Assembly (NCBI GenBank): GCA_029838195.1
Contig: JALGVJ010000012.1
Coordinates: 1-64,000 of the forward strand
Source of the DNA: Promethearchaeota archaeon
GTDB taxonomy: Archaea; Asgardarchaeota; Lokiarchaeia; Sigyniarchaeales; SOKP01
Reading direction: 5' to 3'
Length of the DNA stretch: 64,000 nt
Under the pieces are notes generated by a model, which was not told where the DNA came from, did not search any database, and saw only the letters and a list, made by a program, of their open reading frames with translations. A program made the translations under genes and the position numbers. Shown here one piece after another: positions 21,310 through 31,219 of this stretch; within the stretch, counting starts at the first letter, position 1, and each line of letters starts with the position of its first letter.

Positions 21310-21328
21310 TAATTATTAAAACGAAATT

Positions 21329-22348
21329 TTGGTTTTATTTACAATGAAATCCAAAAAACAAGAGTTAAAAGTTATTTTATTGAATAATGTTGACGATATC
21401 ATGAAATATATTTCTCATGGCATGTCTTTACCTTGTTTACCTGCTCTTAAAAAATATATTCGATATGATATAGAATATTATAACACAATATCTCTTATAA
21501 TAAAAGAGAAGGATGAAATTAAAGGGCACGTTTTGCTATATTCTGATAAGACAGATGATGAAAAAATACTTTATTTTGGACACTTTCAAGTTGCTAATCA
21601 TTTAGGATCATTTATCGAAATTTTGATAAAGAACATTTTAGAATTTGCACGGCATAATAAATTTAAAATTATTCGGGGACCAATCAATCCACCAACAATA
21701 ATCTATGGATGGGGTTTTTTAAATTCAAAACATTCTCCTCCGCAACCTACAGCTCGATTACCAACGAATCCTCTAATTTATGTTGAAAAATTCGGAGATC
21801 ATAGATTTATACCAGTAAAACAAGATGTACATCGAGAGATTCCTATTTATGAAATTTCCATAAATGAATATGATTATTCAGATTATGAATATTTTAATCC
21901 TAAAACTAAAGAAGAATTCGTAGAGAAATATTATGAAATATTAGAAGATATGCAACTTAGGAATTTACCAAAGGAAGTTGCAGTTACTCCAAGTGCCGCC
22001 AAACTTTTTAAAAGCCATCATAAATTCATTTTAGAATATGGAAATCGCTACATGTTTGATTTCGTGCGATATAAAAAGACAAATGAAATCATAGCTTCAG
22101 GATTAAACGTTCCCGATCCTTTTAGACGAGACCATGTCATTTTCTATAGCTATTCAGTGGAAAAAGAGCACCGTAGAAAAGGCCTCGCCATGTTAATGTT
22201 GAAAAATACTTTAGATAATTTAAAACCTTTAGGATGGAATTATGCGAGTGGAAGATTTAATTCTAAAGTTAAATCCTCTTGGAACACTGCTTCTAAAGTT
22301 AAAGCATCAAAAGCAATCTCCTATATTTTATTTGAAAAAATTTTATAA
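21329..22348 (+). CDS. GNAT-family N-acyltransferase, two-domain YghO-like (likely start 21344)
   Basis: YFGHF, RGPINP..YGWG and acetyl-CoA motif VEKEHRRKGLA. Confidence 0.7.
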   Translation: MVLFTMKSKKQELKVILLNNVDDIMKYISHGMSLPCLPALKKYIRYDIEYYNTISLIIKEKDEIKGHVLLYSDKTDDEKILYFGHFQVANHLGSFIEILIKNILEFARHNKFKIIRGPINPPTIIYGWGFLNSKHSPPQPTARLPTNPLIYVEKFGDHRFIPVKQDVHREIPIYEISINEYDYSDYEYFNPKTKEEFVEKYYEILEDMQLRNLPKEVAVTPSAAKLFKSHHKFILEYGNRYMFDFVRYKKTNEIIASGLNVPDPFRRDHVIFYSYSVEKEHRRKGLAMLMLKNTLDNLKPLGWNYASGRFNSKVKSSWNTASKVKASKAISYILFEKIL

Positions 22349-22415
22349 AAAATTAAATTGACTTAATTAATTTTAATGTGATTACCATACTTATAAGTAC
22401 TCTATGATAATTTGT

Positions 22416-23108
22416 TTAAAGATCTGTACCAATTCCTTTATAAAGTAAATAAGAAAAAGGAATTAAGCCAAGTGATATAAAAATATAGATTGTTGTAAAA
22501 ATAGGATTTTTCCATGTATTATAAAGAATTCCAGAATATAAATAAAGAGACATTCCAACAAATCCAAAGAGAAATAGTTTCCACTTTTTTTTTAAACTAT
22601 TATCATGAATTTTCATGTAAATATTTACATGATAATAATATGTAATTAAAAAAATTATTGAAAGATAAGAATAAAGCAATATTAATAATTGCCAGCTCCA
22701 TATGGGACGCCAATTGGTTGTTTCATTAATAACAATATTGCCAGGAATATTTAAAAATAAAGTAATTATTATCCCGTGGAAGGTAATTATTAAAAAATGT
22801 TTAAATTTAGAACTTTTGGGATATAATAGCAATAAGTCAAAAATTAATGGAAAAATAATGGCAAAAAAGATGAAAAAGGTCGCTAATACATGGAGGGGAT
22901 ATACGATTGGATCTTGAAGATTAATATAAATGATATTAATAATTAGACCTAAAACAATAAAAAAATAGAGATTCACGAAAACAAATCGAATATATGAAGC
23001 TTTTTTATTAATAATCATTTTAGCTAATATAATGGAATAAAATACAATTACGAGTAGCTGAATGAAATAAGTGAAGAAGTATCTCTGATAATTTAACACT
23101 AACTCCAT
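22416..23108 (-). CDS. 7TM membrane protein (Asgard-expanded family)
   Basis: About 7 TM helices with TNWRPIWS loop and LKKKWKLFLFG. Confidence 0.65.
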   Translation of the reverse strand: MELVLNYQRYFFTYFIQLLVIVFYSIILAKMIINKKASYIRFVFVNLYFFIVLGLIINIIYINLQDPIVYPLHVLATFFIFFAIIFPLIFDLLLLYPKSSKFKHFLIITFHGIIITLFLNIPGNIVINETTNWRPIWSWQLLILLYSYLSIIFLITYYYHVNIYMKIHDNSLKKKWKLFLFGFVGMSLYLYSGILYNTWKNPIFTTIYIFISLGLIPFSYLLYKGIGTDL

Positions 23109-23231
23109 TATATAAAAATAATCGAGCAGAGATTTTTAAATATTTGCTCATTATTTAACATGTCTTAATTTTTACGATGTAAAATATCTAAAATAATTTG
23201 TAAAAATCAATATATTCTCTTTATAACAATA

Positions 23232-23708
23232 TTGAAAGGCATTCCTATTTTGTTCATTGCAGAATGGAGCAAAGAATCAAGTTCTCGTTTGCTTCATTTG
23301 TATCCTTCTTCCCTTCCTTTTGATTTAAATTTAATTTCCTTAAAAATATTCTTGACATTTAATGGATTATATTATTCAAGGGATGAAAAAGAGATACAAG
23401 GAACCTTTTTTACCATCGCGATTAACAATATTGGTAGAATAGCTCGTATTTTTTTAGACAAAATTAATGATGACAACATGTTCAACGAGGACAAATCGAA
23501 GCTCTTTATAGTGGTATTATTGGTCCCGGATTATTTTTCAGAAGATAAAGTTTCTGTTGAGTCAGCAAAAAAGATTTTAAAAATCATTTACATTCGATTT
23601 TGGAAAGAATTTCACGATTTAATTATTAATTTTCAAGGGAATGTCACGCCATTTTATCGCTTTATAAATATTATTGAATCTTTAGATTTAACACTGATTA
23701 AAACGTAA
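23232..23708 (+). CDS. uDENN/longin-like domain protein, possibly truncated
   Basis: Pattern ILFIAEW..SSRLLHLYP..helix..FFTIAI..ARIFLD..LFIVVLLVP fits a longin-type beta-beta-alpha-beta-beta-beta order. It overlaps the convergent gene by 11 nt. Confidence 0.45.
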   Translation: MKGIPILFIAEWSKESSSRLLHLYPSSLPFDLNLISLKIFLTFNGLYYSRDEKEIQGTFFTIAINNIGRIARIFLDKINDDNMFNEDKSKLFIVVLLVPDYFSEDKVSVESAKKILKIIYIRFWKEFHDLIINFQGNVTPFYRFINIIESLDLTLIKT

Positions 23709-24369
23709 TATTAGAACGATTATTGTCTTTTATTAGTTCTTCATAAAAGTGCTTGATCATGTCATGCCGTGATTTTGCCAACTGCTTTGAATAATCTAAA
23801 TAGAGAAGATCTTTTAATTTTAAAATTTTATTTTCCAAATGTCTTATTACATCTTCAATCCTACCGCCATTCCTTATCGTAAATCCAATCGTACGATATA
23901 TTCCAATCGCACCTAAAGCATCTAATTTATCGCAATCAGAAAGGATTTTAGCTTCTAAAGTGTTAGCAGGAATATTATTGGAGAAGGAGTGCGCTCGAAT
24001 GCAATGAAGTATATTATTCAAGATTTTTTCGGGAAATTCAATTTTTTCCCATTTAAAAAATTTTTTTGCCATTTCAGCGGAAATTTCCGCATGATTTTTA
24101 CCTTTAAAAATTTCGCCATGATCCATTCGTCCAATATCATGTAAGAGTGCGGATATTTTTAAGATAAACAAATTTGCATTTAATTTTTTTCCCATTTCCA
24201 TGCATGATTGATAAACTCTTTCTACATGAGGAAATCCATGAATGTCATCTTGTTCTGAATGTGATCTTGCATGGTTTTTTATCAACAAAATAAGTTTATC
24301 ATCCGACATGGTAATTATTCGAAATTTTTTTTTTAATTTTGAAAAAAAATACTCAATTAGAATTTTCAA
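23698..24369 (-). CDS. HD-domain phosphohydrolase
   Basis: HGFPHVERV, LLHDIGR, HA..SA, AHSFS and DCDKLDALGAIG. Confidence 0.9.
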   Translation of the reverse strand: MKILIEYFFSKLKKKFRIITMSDDKLILLIKNHARSHSEQDDIHGFPHVERVYQSCMEMGKKLNANLFILKISALLHDIGRMDHGEIFKGKNHAEISAEMAKKFFKWEKIEFPEKILNNILHCIRAHSFSNNIPANTLEAKILSDCDKLDALGAIGIYRTIGFTIRNGGRIEDVIRHLENKILKLKDLLYLDYSKQLAKSRHDMIKHFYEELIKDNNRSNITF

Positions 24370-24373
24370 TAGA

Positions 24374-25345
24374 CTATTTTAATGAATTGAGGATATTTTT
24401 CATTTTAAGTTCGAATCCATCCTTTCTCTCAATAATTTCTTGAGAAGACGCATCAAACACCACTTTTAGATAATATGCTCTTTCACGAGCATAACTTTCA
24501 GCAAGAAATAAATATACTATTATCTTATTATCGCTTCTCTTCATGATGGGAAGAAGGCATTCCCATTTAGCAAAAAAGGGATATGATTTACTTATTTTTA
24601 ATGCTTTATTTAAGATATTATCTTCCAATGAATTTCTCTTAACTGATAAATTAAAAAGAGTCTCGTTTTTTTTCGAAAAAATGGATTTTTTATGTAATGT
24701 AAAAAAAAAATACTCATTATTTTCCATTCTTTCATGAACGTAATAAAAAAATGGCATAATTCCAGGAATATATCTTTGAGTAGAATTTAGCCGTGCGTAA
24801 ACCCCTATTTTTACAAAGATTTTAGAACCAAAGTAAAAAATGTAGAAATAGGTATAGATTTGAAAAATAAAAAGAAAAATTGCTAAGTTTCGGGTAATAA
24901 ATAGGACTAATAGAGAAATGGTAAAAAAGGATGGCGAAATGATAAATAAAATGGGATTTATTGCCCTATCGATGAAAATTCTATATCTTTTTTTAGAAAA
25001 AGGAAAAAATAAAGGAATTTTTGAAGCCGCCAAGCCATCTAACGATACATGTAAACTATAAAAAATGAAGGCTGAAAAAATAGAGAAAAGAATTGGCTCA
25101 TCGGTGATATAAGTAAAAAATAATCCCATAGGGATGGAAATAATTAATCCCCCAATGTAAGAATGGGAAACCCCTTTATGAGCTAAAAGAGGTTTTGATC
25201 TTACTTTCTTGAAAACATCTAAAAATACGTCTAAATCGGGGAAAATTGTCATGAATCCCGTAAACAAGATGAATTTAAAATCTAATATCCCGAAGAGAAA
25301 AATATTTAATATTAGCCCAATTAGTAAATGCGTGAAAAAATCCAT
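24374..25345 (-). CDS. Membrane-bound metal-dependent hydrolase (YdjM/DUF457 family)
   Basis: MDFFTH, FPDLD, HKGVSHS and HVSLD. Confidence 0.85.
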   Translation of the reverse strand: MDFFTHLLIGLILNIFLFGILDFKFILFTGFMTIFPDLDVFLDVFKKVRSKPLLAHKGVSHSYIGGLIISIPMGLFFTYITDEPILFSIFSAFIFYSLHVSLDGLAASKIPLFFPFSKKRYRIFIDRAINPILFIISPSFFTISLLVLFITRNLAIFLFIFQIYTYFYIFYFGSKIFVKIGVYARLNSTQRYIPGIMPFFYYVHERMENNEYFFFTLHKKSIFSKKNETLFNLSVKRNSLEDNILNKALKISKSYPFFAKWECLLPIMKRSDNKIIVYLFLAESYARERAYYLKVVFDASSQEIIERKDGFELKMKNILNSLK

Positions 25346-25770
25346 TTTAAATCTTGATTTCCCATTAATTTAAGATAATAAAGGAAAGCATTCATGAAAC
25401 ATTTAGATAAGGGGAGATGAGCGAAAAATGGTGCTGTGTCATATATTCAGTCAAATTAAATTGATATTTAGCTAAAAGATTCATGATTTAAAAAATGCAT
25501 CGTGATTATTAATAAGATAATATGATTCCATGGATTTTTGAAAAAATCGGTAAGACCATGAATATTTATTAAACAAAGAAAATTGAAATTTTAATCAATG
25601 AATCATAATATTAAAAATCATTTGCTTATAAAAAAAGGATAAAAATTTTTGTCGTATCAATTCCCTTTTTAAAGAAACTTAAAATAAATTAGTCTTGAAA
25701 ATATTTATTATCGTTTCTTTTTATTAAGTGAATAGCTTGAAAATAATCATGAGGAAAAAATAGTATAAGT

Positions 25771-27045
25771 ATGAAAAAACTAAATTCACGCGAAAGATTT
25801 TCGATGTATTTCAAAATGAATCCATTTTCGGAGATTCGTGTTGATAAGAAAGATATTTTTATTCGAAATAAATATGATGATATTTTAAATTATATCAAAT
25901 TAATCATTACTTCGCCAAAAGATACGGTATTACTTAATGGATTAAAATTAAAAGGAACACTTTTATTACATGTTCCTGAAGGAACAGATATTATTGAATA
26001 CATTAAATTAATTGCTAAAAATTATTATTTGAATATACTTGAATTAGATTTTATTGAAATTTCAAAAAATCCTCTCGATTTTTTTACCAATTTTCGCGAT
26101 TATTTTAGAAGGTTGTTAGAGAAATTTGATTCCTCTCATGAAGAATTACGTAAGGAGGAAGAACAGGAAATTAGAGATAATGCGGGTGAAGAATTAGAAA
26201 ATGTTAAAACCATTCTCCTTATTAATGAAAACAAAAGTATTTCCAAATATTTTAGAGATAAAAGCTTAATTGAGCAATTGATAATGTTCAATCTACAATT
26301 ACCCGAGACCATTGATTTCATTAAAAAGGGGCTCATATTAATCTGGATTAGTCATGAAATGAATGATATCATTGATAATTCTATTGAACTTTTGGAACTT
26401 TTTGATTTATTCATTAAAATCCCGCTTTTAAATGAGATTGAGCGGGAAACTTATTTAAAAGCGTTTTTAGAAAATAATAAAGAATTAACCTTCCATCTAT
26501 CTCATGTTTTAAACATGACTAAAGATTGGGAAATAAAAGAAATAGCTCATCTCCTTCGACTAGCCATAATAAAATATCATTTAAAATTTGAATTGAACAA
26601 CGTGAGTAATGAAATTACTGAAGTTATAAATGACATTATCAATGCAGAAGAATTAATTCCTTTAAATGCTAAGAGCCCCGAAAAAATAGTTGGAGAATCG
26701 ATTGATGCAGGTACATCCTCAGAGAGAAGAAAACTACCCATTGTTCAACCATTAAAACAAGAAGAGAAGGAACAGGGGCTAAAATCGTTTTTAAAGGAAT
26801 TAGAGGAGAAAAAATATCATGAATTTTTATCAGAACAACTTTATGAGGAAGCAGCTTCAAAAAATTATGAGGATTTGGTCATAATAATCGAAAAATTAAA
26901 TAAAAATGAAATTCTCGAAGATAATGCTAAAAAAATCTTAGCGAAATATCCTTTTATTTTAGCGGACACCCCAACCATGGCTCAAATCAAGCTAGAAAAA
27001 GCGAAAAAGAAAGTCGATTTCTTAAAACAAGCATTTAAGAAATAA
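25771..27045 (+). CDS. Degenerate (inactive) classical AAA+ domain protein with C-terminal helical extension
   Basis: KGTLLLHVPEGTDIIEYIKLIA is a decayed GILLYGPPGTGKT..AKAIA. ILLINE lies at the Walker B position and FDLFIKIPLLNEIERE matches RFD..I.IPLP...ER. Confidence 0.6.
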   Translation: MKKLNSRERFSMYFKMNPFSEIRVDKKDIFIRNKYDDILNYIKLIITSPKDTVLLNGLKLKGTLLLHVPEGTDIIEYIKLIAKNYYLNILELDFIEISKNPLDFFTNFRDYFRRLLEKFDSSHEELRKEEEQEIRDNAGEELENVKTILLINENKSISKYFRDKSLIEQLIMFNLQLPETIDFIKKGLILIWISHEMNDIIDNSIELLELFDLFIKIPLLNEIERETYLKAFLENNKELTFHLSHVLNMTKDWEIKEIAHLLRLAIIKYHLKFELNNVSNEITEVINDIINAEELIPLNAKSPEKIVGESIDAGTSSERRKLPIVQPLKQEEKEQGLKSFLKELEEKKYHEFLSEQLYEEAASKNYEDLVIIIEKLNKNEILEDNAKKILAKYPFILADTPTMAQIKLEKAKKKVDFLKQAFKK

Positions 27046-27065
27046 ATTACGGTGGAGAGGAAAAC

Positions 27066-30000
27066 ATGGTCAATAAGAAATCGTCAAGGAAAAAAAAAAG
27101 CGGAAAAGAAATTGTACTTGAAAAAACCCAGGTCCCTTTTATTAAAAAAGTAATTCTTGAGAATTTTTTATCTTTCGAGAAAGATGAGGTAGAATTTGGA
27201 GATTCAAAATTCACAATCATTATAGGTCCTAATTGGAGTGGCAAGACCTCCGTTTTCCAGGCAATAAAGTTTTGCTTAGGTAGCAATGAAAGAGATGAGC
27301 GATATCATAAATGGTCTGATTTTATAAGACACGGACAAAATCATGCGCTTGTAGAGCTCCACATTCAAGATGGAAAAAGAGAGATTTATATTCGGAGAAT
27401 AGTAATTCGGGGTCAGTCTCCTTATTATCAGCTGATGGAACCACCTGACACACGATTTAAGAAAGTGCCTGCTAAAAAAATTCAAGAGTTGATAAGAACC
27501 CTCCAATATGATCCCGATAATGAATTCGCTTTAGTAAGTCAAGGAAAAATAGATGCCATAAAGAATTTAAAACCTTCAACATTGTGTGAATTTCTTGAGA
27601 AAGGAATTGGTTTAAATGATTTGCGAGAAGAGATTATTCATCAAAAAGATTCTATAATGCACCTTAATAAAGAATTGGAGTCGCTTTCTACAAGAAAAAA
27701 TACGCTCAATATTAATTTGGAGCTTCTAAAACCCAAATTGGAGCGATTAAAAATAAAAAAAGAATTATTGAAAAAAAGAAAAAAACACGAAGACGAGCTT
27801 TTATGGGCAAATCGTCAAGTTCTCTTAGGAGAAATTGTATTATTAGGAGAAAAAATTAAGAAATTAGAAAAAAAAATTCAAGCATCTAAAAATAAAAAGA
27901 AAGATATAGAAGAAAAAATAGAATTCCTTCAAAACCAAATATTAGAGTTATCGGATTCTTTGACCTTCCTTTCTGAAAAGGCAGGAGCATGTAACAATGA
28001 GTTAGAACATTTAAAGAATGAGATAAATTCGTTTCATAGTGAAAAAGTTGAACAAAAAAAAGAATTAGAACAATTAAGCGATGAAATCGAGGAGAAAGAA
28101 ATTGCTTTAGCAAATTTAAAAGAGAACGAGAGGCAAATTGAAAAAGAAATTAAAATAATAAAAAAAGAAAAAAAAAAGATTAAAGACACGATAGGGAGAT
28201 TAATTAAAGAGCAAAATGAAATAACAAGAAAAATTGAACAGAACAAGAAAATTCTCGAACTTCATGATGATTTATCTTCGAAAAAAGCTCAATTAATAAA
28301 AAAATATCATGAAAACGAAACTCTTATTCAAGATAAAAATAATGAAATTAATCAAATATTTCAAAGCCTCAAAGATATTGAACATAAATTCCAAAAGAAT
28401 AAATGGTTTTTGGAGGATCCCTCGAAAAATTTATTTAAAGAATTAGATCAGGAATTAAGGAACACGCAATTTCAGCTTTATGACATTGAAAATAAGATAC
28501 ATGAGTTAGAGATAAAAAAAGGAAAAGCCTTAAAAAATTTGAAATTATATGAAGAATCACTACGAAAACGTCAGATTTTATTACCCACTCCCATAACTAT
28601 TTTAAAGGAAGAGATTCAGGAGCGGGAGTTGGAAGTAAAAGGACCTATCATTGAATTCCTTAAATTTGATGATAAATTAAGCTATGCGATTGAATCGATA
28701 TTAGGAGAAAGAGTATTATTTGGTTTTATTGCAAAGGATTGGGATACGTTAGAATTATTAAAACGATTAAAAAACAAATATAATGCTTATTGTAATTTGT
28801 ATCTTCCAAAAAATTTAAACCTTAATCCATTTCCACGCATTTCAACTCCCGGAATCCTTGGATATTTAGCAGAGTTAATTCACTGTGAAGATATTGATGT
28901 TAAAAAAGTGATTTATTCGATTGCTAAAAATTGTTTAGTTGTAGATAATTATCGCTCCGGTAGAAAATTATATCAAACGATAGGTTTTAATGGAAAGTGC
29001 GTGACTTTAAAGGGTGAACAAATTTCCTCTTTAAAATATGTATATGAAACTCCCTTTACGAAAAAATTAAAAGGGATGTTGAGCACGGGGAGTCAAAAAG
29101 AACAGATAAAGGTGACTGAAGCGGAGATTAATTCAATTAATGATGAACTCATGAAATTAAAAACAAGGGCTAAACAACGCGATCAGCAACAGAGAGAGCT
29201 TCATAACAAAATACACTCATTCGATGATTTACTTTATAATTTCAATCAGAGAACCCGTTTGACAAATAAAAAAAATAAGTTATATGATGAGCGCAAGAAC
29301 CTCGAAGCGCAAAATGCAAATCATGAATTAGAGATAAAGAAATTAGAAAACAAGATAAAAGAACTAGAGGAGAACCAAGATCCTGAAATTTGGAGGTGGA
29401 ATAAAAGAATCAAGGAAATCCCCGTTGAAATGAATGAGCTGAATGAAGAAGAAAAAAAATGGGAAAAGAAATTAAAAACTAATATTTCAATTTCTGAAAA
29501 ACTTAAAGAAGAGATTAATGAGAGCTCTTCTACTCTTCAAGTATTGAAAAATACGCTTGCCATTAAAAAAGAAGAGTTTCAAAAAGCAGATAAACAAATT
29601 ATCGAGACGTTTAAAAAATATGATGAAGTAGAAGAAGATTTAAAAAAATTAAAGAAATTGATGGAGGAGAAAAAAGAACTTAAAAACGAGTTAGAAGAAA
29701 AGAAAAGCAATATTGAAAAAATGAAATTCGAACGAGAATTAGAATTGAAAAGAAAAGTCATCAAGCTAAACACACTAAAAAAAGAATTTTCAGAGAAAAA
29801 TGAAGATTTAGATAGAATTAATTCCGAAATAGGCCCTTTAGTTTCTGTAGAAAAATTTGAACTTCGCCCGATCGAAGAGATCAAAAATGATATTTATCAA
29901 CTCAATAAAGAATTATTAAATTACCTTGATGTCGATGATTCATTATTAATTGAAAAAGAGCAAATAGTAGAATCTCTTAAAAAAATCACTCAAAATCAAT

Positions 30001-30533
30001 ATAATTTGGAAAAAGACATAAAAGAAGCGAAAAATACAGAAAATGAATTGGAAAAAGCGTATAACACCAAATTTAAAGCCATCTTGAAAAAAATTGAATC
30101 AAAAATTAATACCAAATTTAAAAATGCTAAAATTAACGTTTTATGTTCGCTCAAATTAAGAGGAGATTTCGAATCTCTTGAAGTAGAGATTAAAGCAGGC
30201 ACGTCGAAGGAACAATTAATATCTTGTTCAGCTCTCAGTGGTGGACAAATTTCAATCATTTCCATTTGTTTAATTCTATCATTACAAGAAATTAGGCCTT
30301 CTCCCTTATGCATGTTAGATGAAGCGGGCATGTTTTTAGATGAGAGAAATTCCGAGGCAGTTTTTCATTTAATTCATTCCACATTAGAACAAAATCCCAT
30401 TCAAATGATTTTATTTCTTCCAAAATCTTCTAAAACGTTATTTTCATTAGCAGACAAATTAATTGGAATAGCAAGAACGGGAAAAAATCAAGCTTCTACG
30501 GTTCTTATTCCTAAATTTGTCTTAAATAAATAA
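27066..30533 (+). CDS. smc: SMC protein, Smc5/6-like
   Basis: ENFLSF, Walker A GPNWSGKTS, Q-loop VSQGK, coiled coil-hinge-coiled coil, signature LSGGQ, Walker B PLCMLDEA and ILFLPK in place of the H-loop. Confidence 0.9.
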   Translation: MVNKKSSRKKKSGKEIVLEKTQVPFIKKVILENFLSFEKDEVEFGDSKFTIIIGPNWSGKTSVFQAIKFCLGSNERDERYHKWSDFIRHGQNHALVELHIQDGKREIYIRRIVIRGQSPYYQLMEPPDTRFKKVPAKKIQELIRTLQYDPDNEFALVSQGKIDAIKNLKPSTLCEFLEKGIGLNDLREEIIHQKDSIMHLNKELESLSTRKNTLNINLELLKPKLERLKIKKELLKKRKKHEDELLWANRQVLLGEIVLLGEKIKKLEKKIQASKNKKKDIEEKIEFLQNQILELSDSLTFLSEKAGACNNELEHLKNEINSFHSEKVEQKKELEQLSDEIEEKEIALANLKENERQIEKEIKIIKKEKKKIKDTIGRLIKEQNEITRKIEQNKKILELHDDLSSKKAQLIKKYHENETLIQDKNNEINQIFQSLKDIEHKFQKNKWFLEDPSKNLFKELDQELRNTQFQLYDIENKIHELEIKKGKALKNLKLYEESLRKRQILLPTPITILKEEIQERELEVKGPIIEFLKFDDKLSYAIESILGERVLFGFIAKDWDTLELLKRLKNKYNAYCNLYLPKNLNLNPFPRISTPGILGYLAELIHCEDIDVKKVIYSIAKNCLVVDNYRSGRKLYQTIGFNGKCVTLKGEQISSLKYVYETPFTKKLKGMLSTGSQKEQIKVTEAEINSINDELMKLKTRAKQRDQQQRELHNKIHSFDDLLYNFNQRTRLTNKKNKLYDERKNLEAQNANHELEIKKLENKIKELEENQDPEIWRWNKRIKEIPVEMNELNEEEKKWEKKLKTNISISEKLKEEINESSSTLQVLKNTLAIKKEEFQKADKQIIETFKKYDEVEEDLKKLKKLMEEKKELKNELEEKKSNIEKMKFERELELKRKVIKLNTLKKEFSEKNEDLDRINSEIGPLVSVEKFELRPIEEIKNDIYQLNKELLNYLDVDDSLLIEKEQIVESLKKITQNQYNLEKDIKEAKNTENELEKAYNTKFKAILKKIESKINTKFKNAKINVLCSLKLRGDFESLEVEIKAGTSKEQLISCSALSGGQISIISICLILSLQEIRPSPLCMLDEAGMFLDERNSEAVFHLIHSTLEQNPIQMILFLPKSSKTLFSLADKLIGIARTGKNQASTVLIPKFVLNK

Positions 30534-30565
30534 TTCAATAACAAAAATGAGGAAATATAAATATC

Positions 30566-31204
30566 GTGATAAATTTAAAACATTTTCAAGAAGAATTAAA
30601 AGAAATTGAAAAGCGCCTAATAGAGGGAGAAATTTCACTTTTAGAATTCGAATTAGTTCCAATCTTTTCAAGGTTAAATGCTCTTATATCTCCCGAAAAC
30701 TTAGAACCAACCCTTGATCTTTTTCAAGAAGCGTGCTCGATCCTTCATCAAAAATTTCAAGAATTCAAATTTATTCTGGAATCCATGGATTCACCTCACA
30801 AACTCATGGAATATCTTAAACAAGAACCTTCAGAAGCTGAAATCTTGAGCTTGATAAGAGAATGTTGGATAGAACCTTTTTTCATGAGTTCCTTATCCCT
30901 AGATTTTTTAATGGAAAGTAAGAAAAAATTGGAGAAAAAAACAAGAGAATCAAAAAGTTTTGAAGAATTACAAATGAGAATAAAAAAGGAAAACTTTACT
31001 TTGGAAATTTCTGAAGTAAGTTTTGCTGACAAAATGAATGTATATTATAATAAAATCATTAAAAAACTTCCTTGTTCTTTTGAAGATATTTTTGAAAATG
31101 AACATGATCAAATAACGATTTACGAGCATTTTGTATACCTTTTACATTTATTACAATTAGGAAAAATTAAATATCAAAAACCTACTCGAATGCTTTATAC
31201 TTGA
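30566..31204 (+). CDS. Kleisin (ScpA/Nse4-like)
   Basis: Directly follows smc. It has an N-terminal helical region and a C-terminal winged helix SFEDIF..EHFVYLLHLLQLGKI..Q typical of kleisins. Confidence 0.75.
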   Translation: MINLKHFQEELKEIEKRLIEGEISLLEFELVPIFSRLNALISPENLEPTLDLFQEACSILHQKFQEFKFILESMDSPHKLMEYLKQEPSEAEILSLIRECWIEPFFMSSLSLDFLMESKKKLEKKTRESKSFEELQMRIKKENFTLEISEVSFADKMNVYYNKIIKKLPCSFEDIFENEHDQITIYEHFVYLLHLLQLGKIKYQKPTRMLYT

Positions 31205-31219
31205 GGTGAGAAGAAGAAC

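Noticed and set aside
27047-30331. Short antisense ORFs inside smc, and similar ones inside other long CDS
   Set aside because: They are shadow ORFs of Lys/Glu-rich coding sequence, giving low-complexity F/S/L-rich translations with no motifs.
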